Shown here piece after piece: positions 53,549-62,569 of a stretch of 64,000 bases of DNA (its first letter is position 1; every line of letters starts with the position of its first letter). Made by a program: the position numbers and the translations under genes. This DNA comes from Phaeobacter sp. (lineage in GTDB: Bacteria > Pseudomonadota > Alphaproteobacteria > Rhodobacterales > Rhodobacteraceae), in NCBI RefSeq assembly GCF_022825805.1, contig NZ_JAJDWC010000066.1, positions 4,077-68,076 of the forward strand, given 5' to 3'. Below the pieces are notes generated by a model. The model worked only from the letters and a program-made list of their open reading frames with translations. It did no database searches and was not told where the DNA came from.

Positions 53549-56500
53549 ATGAGCACGCGCCTTGCCAACACCGGCCGGTTGATCGACCGCTCCAAACAGA
53601 TCGAATTCACCTTCAACGGCAAGCGGATGAAGGGGTATGCAGGGGACACGCTGGCCTCTGCTTTGCTGGCCAACGACCAGATGATGGTTGGCCGTTCGTT
53701 CAAATACCACCGCCCCCGCGGTGTTGTTGCCTCCGGCCCCGAAGAGCCCAACGCATTGGTTGGTCTGGGCACGGGTGACCGGTTCGAGCCGAACCAGCGC
53801 GCGACCACGACCGAGCTGTTCTCCGGTCTGTCGGCGCAGTCGCAGAACCATTGGCCGAGCCTGGATTTCGACGTTCTGGCCATCAACAACAAGCTGAGCC
53901 GCTTCCTGACGGCGGGCTTTTACTACAAGATGTTCATCCACCCGCGTCCGCTGTGGAAACATGTCTATGAGCCGATCATCCGCCAGTCCGCGGGTCTGGG
54001 CAAAGCACCTGACAAAGAGCTGAAGGACGCTGACACCTACGAGCACTTCTATTTCTTTGCAGATGTGCTGGTGATTGGTGGCGGTGTGGCTGGTCTGCAG
54101 GCGGCAAAAGCAGCGGCAGAGTCCGGTGCCAAGGTCCTGCTGATCGAACAGCACAATTACTGGGGTGGTCGTGCGCCTGTTGACGGCGGCACCATCGACG
54201 GCATGGAACCAGGCGCTTGGGTTGAGAAAACCCTCGAAGAGCTGCGCGGCATGGACAATGTCACCCTGCGCGACCGCTGCATGGGTGCGGGCGTCTATGA
54301 CCACGGCTATGCGCTGGGATATGAGCGTCTGACCGATCACGCACCTGGCCAGGGTGGTCCGCGTCACCGTCTGTGGCGGATCCGCGCCAGCCAGATCGTC
54401 ACCGCGACGGGCGCCATCGAACGGCCGCTGTCCTTTGCGGGCAACGATATCCCCGGTGTGATGCTGGCGGCATCAATGCGCGATTATGCGGTGAACTGGG
54501 GTGTGACCCCGGGCCAGAAAGTGGTGGTTGCGACCAACAACGACGACGCTTATCGCACTGCGATCGCGCTGCACGGCGCGGGCGTTGAGATCGTGCGCGT
54601 TCTGGACACCCGCGACAGCGGTGGTGGCGCCCTGATGGAAGAGGTCCGTCAGCTGGGCATCCGTGTGGAATGTGGCCGTGGCATCGCCAAGGTGAAGGGC
54701 ACTAAGCGCGTGACCGGCGTTGCGATCTGCGCCCAGAACGGCGAAGGCGGCGCGCAGGAAGAGGTGGCTGCAGACGCGGTTGCCATGTCCGGCGGCTGGT
54801 CACCAGTTGTCCACCTGTGGTCCCATTGTGGCGGTAAACTGGTCTGGGATCAGGCGCATGCCAACTTCCGCCCCGATCCTGAGCGTCCCCCACTGGGTGC
54901 CGATGGCAACGGGTTTGTGGTTGCTGCCGGTGCAGCCAATGGTGCCAGCGATCTCGGTGCGGCTCTGCAGGATGCGCAGACCGCAGGTGAAGCCGCAGCC
55001 AATGCCGCAGGCTTCACCCCCAAGACCGTCAATGCCCCTGCGGCAGAGGCCCCGGTCGAAACCCCGATGCAGCCAGTTTGGTTGATGCCTGCCAAGGCGG
55101 ATATCAAGCTGCGGATGAAATCCTGGCTGGATTATCAGAACGACGTCAAAGTCTCTGACGTGCAGCTGGCTGCGCAGGAAGGCTTCGAAAGCGTCGAGCA
55201 TACCAAGCGGTACACCACGCTGGGCATGGCAACCGATCAGGGCAAACTGTCCAACATCAACGGTCTGGCCATTCTGGCGGACTCGCTGGGATCGGAAATT
55301 CCGCAGGTAGGCACCACCACCTTCCGTCCGCCCTATCACCCGATTTCGATGGGTGCGATTGGCGGCGAGGCCCGTGGCGAGATCTTCCAGCCGCTGCGCA
55401 AGACGCCGATGTATGAATGGCACGACAGCAACGGCTCCGACTGGGAGCCGGTGGGCCAATGGCGCCGTCCTTTTGCCTATGTGCGGTCGGGCGAAACCCT
55501 GCATGATGCGGTGAACCGTGAGGTCAAAAACACCCGCGAGAACCTCGGTCTGCTGGACGCCTCCACCCTGGGTAAGCTGGTCGTGAAAGGTCCGGATGCG
55601 GGCAAGTTCCTCGACATGATGTACACCAACATGATGTCGACGCTGAAGATCGGCAAATGCCGCTATGGTCTGATGTGTTCCGAGAACGGCTTCCTCATTG
55701 ATGATGGGGTTGTTGCGCGCATCGATGAAGACACCTGGTTGTGCCACACCACCACCGGCGGTGCCGAGCGGATCCACGGCCATATGGAAGAGTGGTTGCA
55801 GACCGAATGGTGGGACTGGAAAGTCTATGTTGCCAATGTGACCGAGCAGCTGGCTCAGGTTGCCGTGGTTGGCCCCAACGCGCGTAAGGTTCTGGAAAAG
55901 CTGAACGAAAAAGCGGGCGGTGGCATGGATGTCTCGAAAGAGGCGCTGCCGTTCATGGAATGGCGCGACGGTGAGATCGGCGGCTTCAAGGCGCGGGCCT
56001 ATCGCATCTCCTTCTCGGGCGAGCTGTCCTACGAGATTGCGGTTGCTGCCTCTGATGGTCTGGCATTCTGGACCGCCCTGATGGAAGCGGGCCAAGAGTT
56101 CGGCGTGATGCCTTATGGCACCGAATGTCTGCACATCCTTCGGGCCGAGAAAGGCTTCATCATGATTGGTGATGAAACCGACGGCACCGTTATTCCGCAG
56201 GATCTGGGTCTGCACTGGGCGCTTTCGAAGAAGAAGGAAGACTTCCTCGGCAAGCGGGCGCATTCGCGCAGCCACATGGCAGATCCCGATCGCTGGCAGC
56301 TGGTTGGTCTGGAAACCGTTGATGGTTCTGTCCTGCCGGATGGCGCTTATGCGGTGGGCAACGGTGTGAACGCCAATGGTCAGAAAAACACCATCGGGCG
56401 TGTGACCTCGACCTATTATTCCTCGAACCTTGGCCGTGGCATTGCCATGGGTCTGGTCAAACACGGGCCCAAGCGGATGGGCGAGGTCATCGACTTCCCC

Positions 56501-56581
56501 GGAACCGATGGCAAAATCTACAAGGCCAAGATCGTCGATCAGGTCTTCTATGACAAAGAAGGGGAGAAGCAGAATGTCTGA
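53549..56581 (+). CDS. soxA: sarcosine oxidase subunit alpha
   Basis: About 1010 aa with an N-terminal 2Fe-2S-like/FAD region, NAD-binding VLVIGGGVAGL and a C-terminal aminomethyltransferase (GcvT-like) folate-binding domain. Confidence 0.95.
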   Translation: MSTRLANTGRLIDRSKQIEFTFNGKRMKGYAGDTLASALLANDQMMVGRSFKYHRPRGVVASGPEEPNALVGLGTGDRFEPNQRATTTELFSGLSAQSQNHWPSLDFDVLAINNKLSRFLTAGFYYKMFIHPRPLWKHVYEPIIRQSAGLGKAPDKELKDADTYEHFYFFADVLVIGGGVAGLQAAKAAAESGAKVLLIEQHNYWGGRAPVDGGTIDGMEPGAWVEKTLEELRGMDNVTLRDRCMGAGVYDHGYALGYERLTDHAPGQGGPRHRLWRIRASQIVTATGAIERPLSFAGNDIPGVMLAASMRDYAVNWGVTPGQKVVVATNNDDAYRTAIALHGAGVEIVRVLDTRDSGGGALMEEVRQLGIRVECGRGIAKVKGTKRVTGVAICAQNGEGGAQEEVAADAVAMSGGWSPVVHLWSHCGGKLVWDQAHANFRPDPERPPLGADGNGFVVAAGAANGASDLGAALQDAQTAGEAAANAAGFTPKTVNAPAAEAPVETPMQPVWLMPAKADIKLRMKSWLDYQNDVKVSDVQLAAQEGFESVEHTKRYTTLGMATDQGKLSNINGLAILADSLGSEIPQVGTTTFRPPYHPISMGAIGGEARGEIFQPLRKTPMYEWHDSNGSDWEPVGQWRRPFAYVRSGETLHDAVNREVKNTRENLGLLDASTLGKLVVKGPDAGKFLDMMYTNMMSTLKIGKCRYGLMCSENGFLIDDGVVARIDEDTWLCHTTTGGAERIHGHMEEWLQTEWWDWKVYVANVTEQLAQVAVVGPNARKVLEKLNEKAGGGMDVSKEALPFMEWRDGEIGGFKARAYRISFSGELSYEIAVAASDGLAFWTALMEAGQEFGVMPYGTECLHILRAEKGFIMIGDETDGTVIPQDLGLHWALSKKKEDFLGKRAHSRSHMADPDRWQLVGLETVDGSVLPDGAYAVGNGVNANGQKNTIGRVTSTYYSSNLGRGIAMGLVKHGPKRMGEVIDFPGTDGKIYKAKIVDQVFYDKEGEKQNV

Positions 56582-57140
56582 TCCTGTCAGCGCAATGAGC
56601 GGAGCGACATTCGCAGGACTGGCCAAAGTCGAAGACAGCGGTCTGCAGGGCATGATCACGCTGCGCGGCGATCTGGCCTCTGCTGTCCTGCAAGCGGCAG
56701 TGAAGGCGGCGACGGGCGCTGAGGTGCCTGTCAGCGGTCAGGTGGCCCTGTCTGATCAGGGCGGTGTCGCCTGGATGTCCCCGGATGAGCTGCTTTTGCT
56801 GGTGCCTTACGCTGAGGTCGACGCCAAAGTGTCCGAGCTGTCCGAAGCACTGAAGGGCGAACATGCGCTCGCGGTCAACGTGTCGGATGCGCGCGGTGTG
56901 TTCCGCCTGTCCGGCGAGGGCGCCCGCGAAGTTCTGGGCAAGGTCTGCCCGGTCGATATGTCGGCAGAGGCCTTCAAGCCGGGTCAATTCCGGCGCACCC
57001 GTATGGCGCAGGTGGCTGCAGCCTTCTGGCTTGATCATGATGGTGTGTTCCACATCGTCTGTTTCCGCTCGGTTGCGGCCTATGTGTTCAACCTGCTGTC
57101 GGCCTCGGCGCATCCACAATCCAAGGTTGTCGTCTACTGA
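56574..57140 (+). CDS. soxG: sarcosine oxidase subunit gamma
   Basis: 188 aa. The ATG at 56574 overlaps the soxA stop. It is the last gene of the sox operon. Confidence 0.8.
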   Translation: MSDPVSAMSGATFAGLAKVEDSGLQGMITLRGDLASAVLQAAVKAATGAEVPVSGQVALSDQGGVAWMSPDELLLLVPYAEVDAKVSELSEALKGEHALAVNVSDARGVFRLSGEGAREVLGKVCPVDMSAEAFKPGQFRRTRMAQVAAAFWLDHDGVFHIVCFRSVAAYVFNLLSASAHPQSKVVVY

Positions 57141-57183
57141 TCGTCAGCAATTTTAACTTGTGACATCACAGGATGCACGCTAA

Positions 57184-57219
57184 AGTGTCCCCTAGGATTT
57201 CCGGGGGCACTTTTTATTT
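57184..57219 (+). terminator. intrinsic terminator after soxG
   Basis: AGTGTCCCC...GGGGGCACT stem (one mismatch) followed by TTTTTATTT. Confidence 0.65.
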
Positions 57220-57323
57220 GTTGTTCGGGCTTTAGCCCATTTGTCTCCCTGCACAGCCGCTTCGGAAGCCGAGATAGTCGACCGCCGTTTTTCCACGGTG
57301 GGCTGGTTGTGATTTGAGGTTTT

Positions 57324-57905
57324 ATGTTCCGTTTATTTCCGACTGCACGCGCACAGTGCAGGGCTGCTGTTTTGGGTGGTCTTCTTGTTTTGCCACAGGT
57401 GGGCCTGACTGATGCTCTGAGTGGGCGTTTTTCCTGCGAGATGCGGACCATTTCGGGGCCGGGATGGATCCCGCCGAAGTTGACCATGCGCTTCGGTGAG
57501 GGCGAGGACCGCGGGCAATCGGGTGCGCAAGATAGTGACCAGAGTGGCGAACAGGCCAGCAAGCAAAACGCCAAGAACTTTGGCGAGGTGATCCACAACA
57601 GCACCGGTGGTTTGATCGCAGGACATCCGCTGAAAGCCACGTTCTTTGCGATGGGGCCGATGTCCTATCGGATCAGCTGGTCAGTGATGGGCGCGGGACT
57701 GGCCAACGCCGGCGACACCGGGGAAGTGCATTACCGCGCGACCATGAACCTGCGCAACATGAAGCTGTCGCTGCAGGTGATCTCGGGGATGATCGAAGGG
57801 GATCAACCGCGCGCCGTGGGCCAGTGTCAGCGCCTGCCAGACAACAGTCCAGATGGCAGCCCAGATACTGTGCAAATTGGCGAAATCATAACCGAACAGG
57901 GCTGA
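57324..57905 (+). CDS. secreted hypothetical protein (paralog of 58069-58551)
   Basis: Signal-like N-terminus. Shares S-C-x7-GWI-x-P and Y-x-AT-x3-R-x-MK-x-SL...G-x-C with the next gene. Confidence 0.6.
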   Translation: MFRLFPTARAQCRAAVLGGLLVLPQVGLTDALSGRFSCEMRTISGPGWIPPKLTMRFGEGEDRGQSGAQDSDQSGEQASKQNAKNFGEVIHNSTGGLIAGHPLKATFFAMGPMSYRISWSVMGAGLANAGDTGEVHYRATMNLRNMKLSLQVISGMIEGDQPRAVGQCQRLPDNSPDGSPDTVQIGEIITEQG

Positions 57906-58068
57906 TCGCTGCAAAATCGGATCGCTCGGGAACCAGACCGCTCCGAACCCAGGCTGCTCCGAAAATATGCGGGGAGTTGCACGGGCTCAGTGCAGCCCCC
58001 TTCAAACAGATCTCTCGCAGGGTGCTGGATGTTTGACCTGCGAAAAATATGAAAAAGGTCAACATGAT

Positions 58069-58551
58069 ATGCGAGATTTGATTTCCGGCGTGCGGGCCGC
58101 AGCGCTGGCCACTGGATTGGTTGCGGTGGGCCTGATGGGCGCAATGGCGGGCTCTGCCGAGGCGGCCGACGGGCAGGCCGGCGGACCGCGGCTCTATTCC
58201 TGCAAGGTGCAATCCTATGAAAAACACGGCTGGATCGCGCCAGAGGTGCTGATTTTTGTTGATCATGGCGAGAAGTTCGTCGGTGTCCTGGATGGGATCA
58301 TCTACAACACCCAGAAACGTGCGGAATTTGTCGAGTATGACCCGCGGTCCAAACAGCGCCTGAAGCTGAAATGGACGTTGAACAATGTGGGGTCGCGCAG
58401 TGGCTCAACGAAGGTCAGTTATACGGCTACTTTGGATGAACGGCGGATGAAAGTGTCGTTGACGGCGCGGGTGCATGGCTATGACAACCGCCCCCCCGGC
58501 AGCGGCCCCTGCACCGTGAGCAACAAGCGGCCGAAGCACTTCACGAAGTGA
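58069..58551 (+). CDS. secreted hypothetical protein (paralog of 57324-57905)
   Basis: Signal peptide MRDLISGVRAAALATGLVAVGLMGAMAGSAEA. Conserved blocks as listed for the preceding gene. Confidence 0.65.
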   Translation: MRDLISGVRAAALATGLVAVGLMGAMAGSAEAADGQAGGPRLYSCKVQSYEKHGWIAPEVLIFVDHGEKFVGVLDGIIYNTQKRAEFVEYDPRSKQRLKLKWTLNNVGSRSGSTKVSYTATLDERRMKVSLTARVHGYDNRPPGSGPCTVSNKRPKHFTK

Positions 58552-58589
58552 TCCGCGCGGTCCTGTTACGCTGACTCGTCCAGGCCCCC

Positions 58590-58628
58590 GGTTTTCCGGC
58601 CTGGTTTTACGACCTGGTTTTCCGGCCT
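58590..58628. repeat. 13-bp tandem repeat x3 upstream of sodB
   Basis: GGTTTTCCGGCCT / GGTTTTACGACCT / GGTTTTCCGGCCT, contiguous. Confidence 0.85.
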
Positions 58629-58877
58629 GAGCGTAGCGGTGGGACGCTGGGGGTAGGCAAGTGCTTAGCCAGTGAAGGGCAGGGCGTAGACTTGGCCGTT
58701 TCGGCCTGCCGCCCTTGCGCCTTCGCTACCGGGCATGGCGGCGAATTGCGCTGCCGTGACGGTCTGAGCGAAAGACTTAGGTATTTTTGCAGAGTTTCGG
58801 TTGCTTGGCCTTGACCAGACGGCAGGTGGGACGCATGTATCTGCGCAGGAACGCAACATTTCAGACAGGGGGCCCCC

Positions 58878-59480
58878 ATGGCTTTTGAACTTCCCGATCT
58901 TCCCTATGCCCATGATGCATTGGCATCCAAAGGCATGTCTGCAGAAACACTGGAATATCACCACGATCTGCACCACAAAGCCTATGTCGACAACGGCAAC
59001 AAGCTGATCGCTGGCACCGAGTGGGACGGCAAGTCCATGGAAGAGATCATCACGGGCACCTATGACGCAAATGCCGTCGCCCAGAACGGGATCTTCAACA
59101 ACATCTCGCAGCTGTGGAACCACAACCAGTTCTGGGAAATGATGGGCCCAGGCGGTGACGTGATGCCGGGTGAGCTGGAAAAGGCGCTGGTCGAGAGCTT
59201 TGGCTCGGTTGACGAGTTCAAGTCCCAGTTCTCTGCTGCTGGTGCAGGTCAGTTTGGCTCCGGCTGGTGCTGGCTGGTGAAGAACGCTGACGGTTCGCTG
59301 GCTGTGACCAAGACCGAAAATGGCGTGAACCCGCTGTGCTTTGGCCAGACCGCGCTGCTGGGCTGCGATGTGTGGGAGCACTCCTACTACATCGATTTCC
59401 GCAACAAGCGTCCGGCGTATCTGACCAACTTCCTGGACAACCTGGTTGACTGGGAAAACGTGGCCTCGCGTCTGGGCTAA
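58878..59480 (+). CDS. sodB: Fe/Mn superoxide dismutase
   Basis: MAFELPDLPYAHDAL...YHHDLHHKAYV...DVWEHSYYIDFRN. Confidence 0.95.
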   Translation: MAFELPDLPYAHDALASKGMSAETLEYHHDLHHKAYVDNGNKLIAGTEWDGKSMEEIITGTYDANAVAQNGIFNNISQLWNHNQFWEMMGPGGDVMPGELEKALVESFGSVDEFKSQFSAAGAGQFGSGWCWLVKNADGSLAVTKTENGVNPLCFGQTALLGCDVWEHSYYIDFRNKRPAYLTNFLDNLVDWENVASRLG

Positions 59481-59534
59481 GGCCGGGTCGTCAGACATTT
59501 GGCAGGATCTGCTGAGGTGGATCTTGCCGCTTCG

Positions 59535-59566
59535 AAAGGCACCGTTTGCGCGGTGCCTTTTTTGTT
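59535..59566 (+). terminator. intrinsic terminator after sodB
   Basis: AAAGGCACCG-tttgcg-CGGTGCCTTT followed by TTTGTT. Confidence 0.8.
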
Positions 59567-59673
59567 GGTCGGTTTCTCGGACGCCAGGCGATAGGACACC
59601 AGCTCTGACGAAACCAGGCCAGACGAAACCAATTCTAGCGGCGCGGGGTGTCGTCCTGCCTGGCGACCGGCCG

Positions 59674-59703
59674 ACACCGCTGTGGCGCACACCGCTGTGG
59701 CGC
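59674..59703. repeat. perfect 15-bp tandem duplication
   Basis: ACACCGCTGTGGCGC occurs twice back to back and ends 3 nt before the stop of the LOG-family gene. A second 15-bp-period pair, GACGAAACCA, lies at 59607 and 59622. Confidence 0.85.
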
Positions 59704-59706
59704 TGA

Positions 59707-60249
59707 TCAGGCGGTCAGCTGGGCCATCACATCATCCACCGATGACACCCAAATCAGCGCCTCTGCGGTATCCTCTCCGGCGAAACCTTCGGCGACGATA
59801 TGGTCGACCAGCGTCTTGAGGGGCGTCCAATAGTCATCGATGTTCAGCACGTAGATCGGTTTGCGGTGCAGATCCAACTGGCGCCAGGTTAGCGCCTCGA
59901 ACAGCTCATCCAGAGAGCCTGCGCCACCAGGCAAAACCACGACCGCATCGGCGTTGTAGAGCATCACCTTTTTGCGTTCATGCATGGTTTCGGTGACGAT
60001 ATAGCTGGTCAGATCCGTTTTGCCGATTTCGCGGCGCACCAGATGTTCGGGGATGACGCCGAAGGTGTCGCCGTCTGCGGCCTGCGCGGCGCGGGCCACA
60101 CGGCCCATCAGCCCCACATCACCGGCGCCATAGACCAGCCGTAGGCCATGCTCGGCGAGCCCCTTGCCGAGCGCTTCGGCAGCGGCGCCATAGCTTTCGC
60201 GCCCGCCATCGCGCGATCCACAATACACACAGACGGATTGAATAGGCAT
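59707..60249 (-). CDS. LOG family (TIGR00730) nucleotide 5'-monophosphate nucleosidase
   Basis: VCVYCGS...LVYGAGDVGLMG...PGGAGSLDELFE motifs. The likely start is MPIQS at 60249. Confidence 0.85.
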   Translation of the reverse strand: MPIQSVCVYCGSRDGGRESYGAAAEALGKGLAEHGLRLVYGAGDVGLMGRVARAAQAADGDTFGVIPEHLVRREIGKTDLTSYIVTETMHERKKVMLYNADAVVVLPGGAGSLDELFEALTWRQLDLHRKPIYVLNIDDYWTPLKTLVDHIVAEGFAGEDTAEALIWVSSVDDVMAQLTA

Positions 60250-60439
60250 CAAATCACCTTTTTTGTTGTGTTCAGGTCGGAAATAGGTGGTGTTTTGAGG
60301 CGTGATAGCGGCAATACCGGGGTGTCTCAAGCATCAGCTGCTGGTTTTGCGGGTCATTGGGGGATCCGCTGGCAGCCCGGCGAAGCTGCACGAAGACCGG
60401 CCATGGGACAAATGGGCCGAAGAACTGGGAAGGACTGAG

Positions 60440-62323
60440 ATGACAAATGGAACCGGCAAAAGCGGCCTGTCAGGGGGCGCGATCGGGGGGATTGCGCTTG
60501 GGGTTGCTGTGGTTGTGGCGGTTGGTGCGGGGGTTGTGTTCTGGCAACAGCGACAGCTGCCGCTGCAGGAGCCTGCCAATACGGGCAGTGATCCGCTGCT
60601 GACAACCAGAGCCGATGCGGCGGATGCCGGGGCCAACGATGCGGCGGATGCGGGGGGCAACGATGCGGCGGATACGCCTGCGGAGGAGCCAGTAGCCTCT
60701 GCGCCACAGTCGACAGAAGAGACAGCGGCACCGGTGGAGCCAGCACCCGAGGTGACGGCAGAAGACAGCACTGCGCCCGAGGCGGCATCAGACCCAGAAC
60801 CAGTTGCAGACGCAACCACCGATGCCGCGACCGGAACAGAGGCCGCAGCGGAGAATGCTGCAGACGCGGCCTCCGAGCCTGCCGCAGAGGCGGCTGCCCC
60901 AGTGGTCACTGAGCCCGAGGTCACCGAGCCAGAGACTGGGACCGTTTTGGCCGCGCCGGAGCTGGATCTGGTGCGGATTGAAACAGACGGCAGCGGTGTT
61001 GTTGCAGGATCGGCCACGCCAGGGGCGGAGGTGTTGATCCTTCTGGACCTGCAGGAAATCCATCGGGTTGTGGCCCAGGGCGACGGCTCCTTTGTGGCTT
61101 TTGTCGATGTGCCGGTTCTGGCGCGTCCCCAGGTGTTGTCGCTGTTGGCGCAGCTGGGAGATCAGGAACAGGCCTCCGCAGCAGAATTCATCCTGGCCCC
61201 TGTGCCACCGGTTGCGGTGGCTGAGAACAGCAGCGGCGCTGAAACGCCCGCGCCGCAACCCACCGAAAGCGGACAAGCCGCGAATGATACAACATCAGTG
61301 GCGGATGCGTCCGCAACGGAGGCGGCGCCAGCGGTCACGAGTGACACAGCCACCGACACAGCCACTGACACAGGCACTAACACTGAGAGCGAGGCCGCCA
61401 CGGAAGCCGAGGCTGAGAGCGCAACCGAGATTGCATCAGCACCCGCAGCGGAGACAACGACAGATGTCGCGCCCGAAGATGGGGCAGAGCAGACCAGTGC
61501 CCAAGCTGCAGCTGTCGCCGCGGAGGCAGAAGAAAACGCGGATACGGTCGTGACGGCGGCAGATACTGCTGCCCAAACAGAAGTCGAAACCGCCACAACA
61601 GAAACGGTTACGGCAGAGGCTGTTGCAGCGGAGGCTGCGAGCCCAGAACCGGTAGTTCAGCCAGAGGAGATCGCAGCGGCGGACCCAGAGTCTGATCCGA
61701 CTGTTGCTCCTGCTGCTGATCCTGTTGAACAAGGCGTCGCAGTTCTGCGTTCTGACGCCTCCGGTGTGCAACTGGTCCAATCGGCAGAGCCACAGGCGCA
61801 ACAGGACCAACCGGATCTGGCGCTGGATACGATCTCCTATGATGCCTCTGGCGCCGTGTTGCTGAGCGGACGCGGGCAGGCCAATGCGGTGGTGCGGGCC
61901 TATCTCGACAACAAAGCGATTGCTGATCTGGCGATTGGCACCGATGGGCGCTGGGGTGGCAAGCTGATGGATGTGGCGCCCGGGATCTATGCCTTGCGGC
62001 TTGATGCGCTGGACAGTGAGGGCAAGGTGCTGAGCCGCCTGGAAACCCCGTTCAAACGCGAAGCGCCCGAGGTGCTGCAGCCGCAGATTGCCGCCGCTGA
62101 TCCAGCCGCAGAGACCACTAGCGAAGCAGATGCTACCGCACCAGCCGTAGCCGAACCTCCGGTGCGGGCGGTGACCGTGCAGCAGGGGGATACGCTCTGG
62201 GCGATTTCGCGGGCGCGCTATGGCGATGGGCTGTTGTTCGTGCGGGTGTTCAATGCCAACCGCGATGCCATTCGGGACCCGGATCTGATCTACCCCGGCC
62301 AGGTCTTTACCCTGCCGGAGTGA
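60440..62323 (+). CDS. membrane-anchored acidic low-complexity protein with a C-terminal LysM domain
   Basis: An N-terminal TM helix (GGIALGVAVVVAVGAGVVFW) is followed by about 400 aa rich in A/E/T/D/P. The C-terminal LysM reads VTVQQGDTLWAISRARYGDGLLFVRVFNANRDAIRDPDLIYPGQVFTLP. Confidence 0.8.
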   Translation: MTNGTGKSGLSGGAIGGIALGVAVVVAVGAGVVFWQQRQLPLQEPANTGSDPLLTTRADAADAGANDAADAGGNDAADTPAEEPVASAPQSTEETAAPVEPAPEVTAEDSTAPEAASDPEPVADATTDAATGTEAAAENAADAASEPAAEAAAPVVTEPEVTEPETGTVLAAPELDLVRIETDGSGVVAGSATPGAEVLILLDLQEIHRVVAQGDGSFVAFVDVPVLARPQVLSLLAQLGDQEQASAAEFILAPVPPVAVAENSSGAETPAPQPTESGQAANDTTSVADASATEAAPAVTSDTATDTATDTGTNTESEAATEAEAESATEIASAPAAETTTDVAPEDGAEQTSAQAAAVAAEAEENADTVVTAADTAAQTEVETATTETVTAEAVAAEAASPEPVVQPEEIAAADPESDPTVAPAADPVEQGVAVLRSDASGVQLVQSAEPQAQQDQPDLALDTISYDASGAVLLSGRGQANAVVRAYLDNKAIADLAIGTDGRWGGKLMDVAPGIYALRLDALDSEGKVLSRLETPFKREAPEVLQPQIAAADPAAETTSEADATAPAVAEPPVRAVTVQQGDTLWAISRARYGDGLLFVRVFNANRDAIRDPDLIYPGQVFTLPE

Positions 62324-62569
62324 TCTGCCCCGGCAGGCTGTATTCGACTGCCCCGGGTCTGCAGGTGTTTGATGCCTGAGCGGATGCTTCACCTGATACC
62401 ACAGCTGATGCTACATCTGATACTGGGGTCCGCTCATTTGCTGCTGAATGTTTGGGACCAGGTATTCAGAACTCGGCATTCAGGACCTGGTATCCGGGAT
62501 CCGTGATTAGGGCGCTGGCCAAACCGGGGCGGTCGACCTATGTGAAGGGCCTTGAACTGAGGACACGTG

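Noticed and set aside
54800-56659. 619-aa minus-strand ORF
   Set aside because: It lies antisense to soxA, which is unambiguous and sits in soxBDAG operon context.
58590-59703. The short direct repeats as a CRISPR array
   Set aside because: The units are 13-15 bp and contiguous, with no spacers. The three repeat sets are unrelated in sequence, and there are no cas genes in the window.
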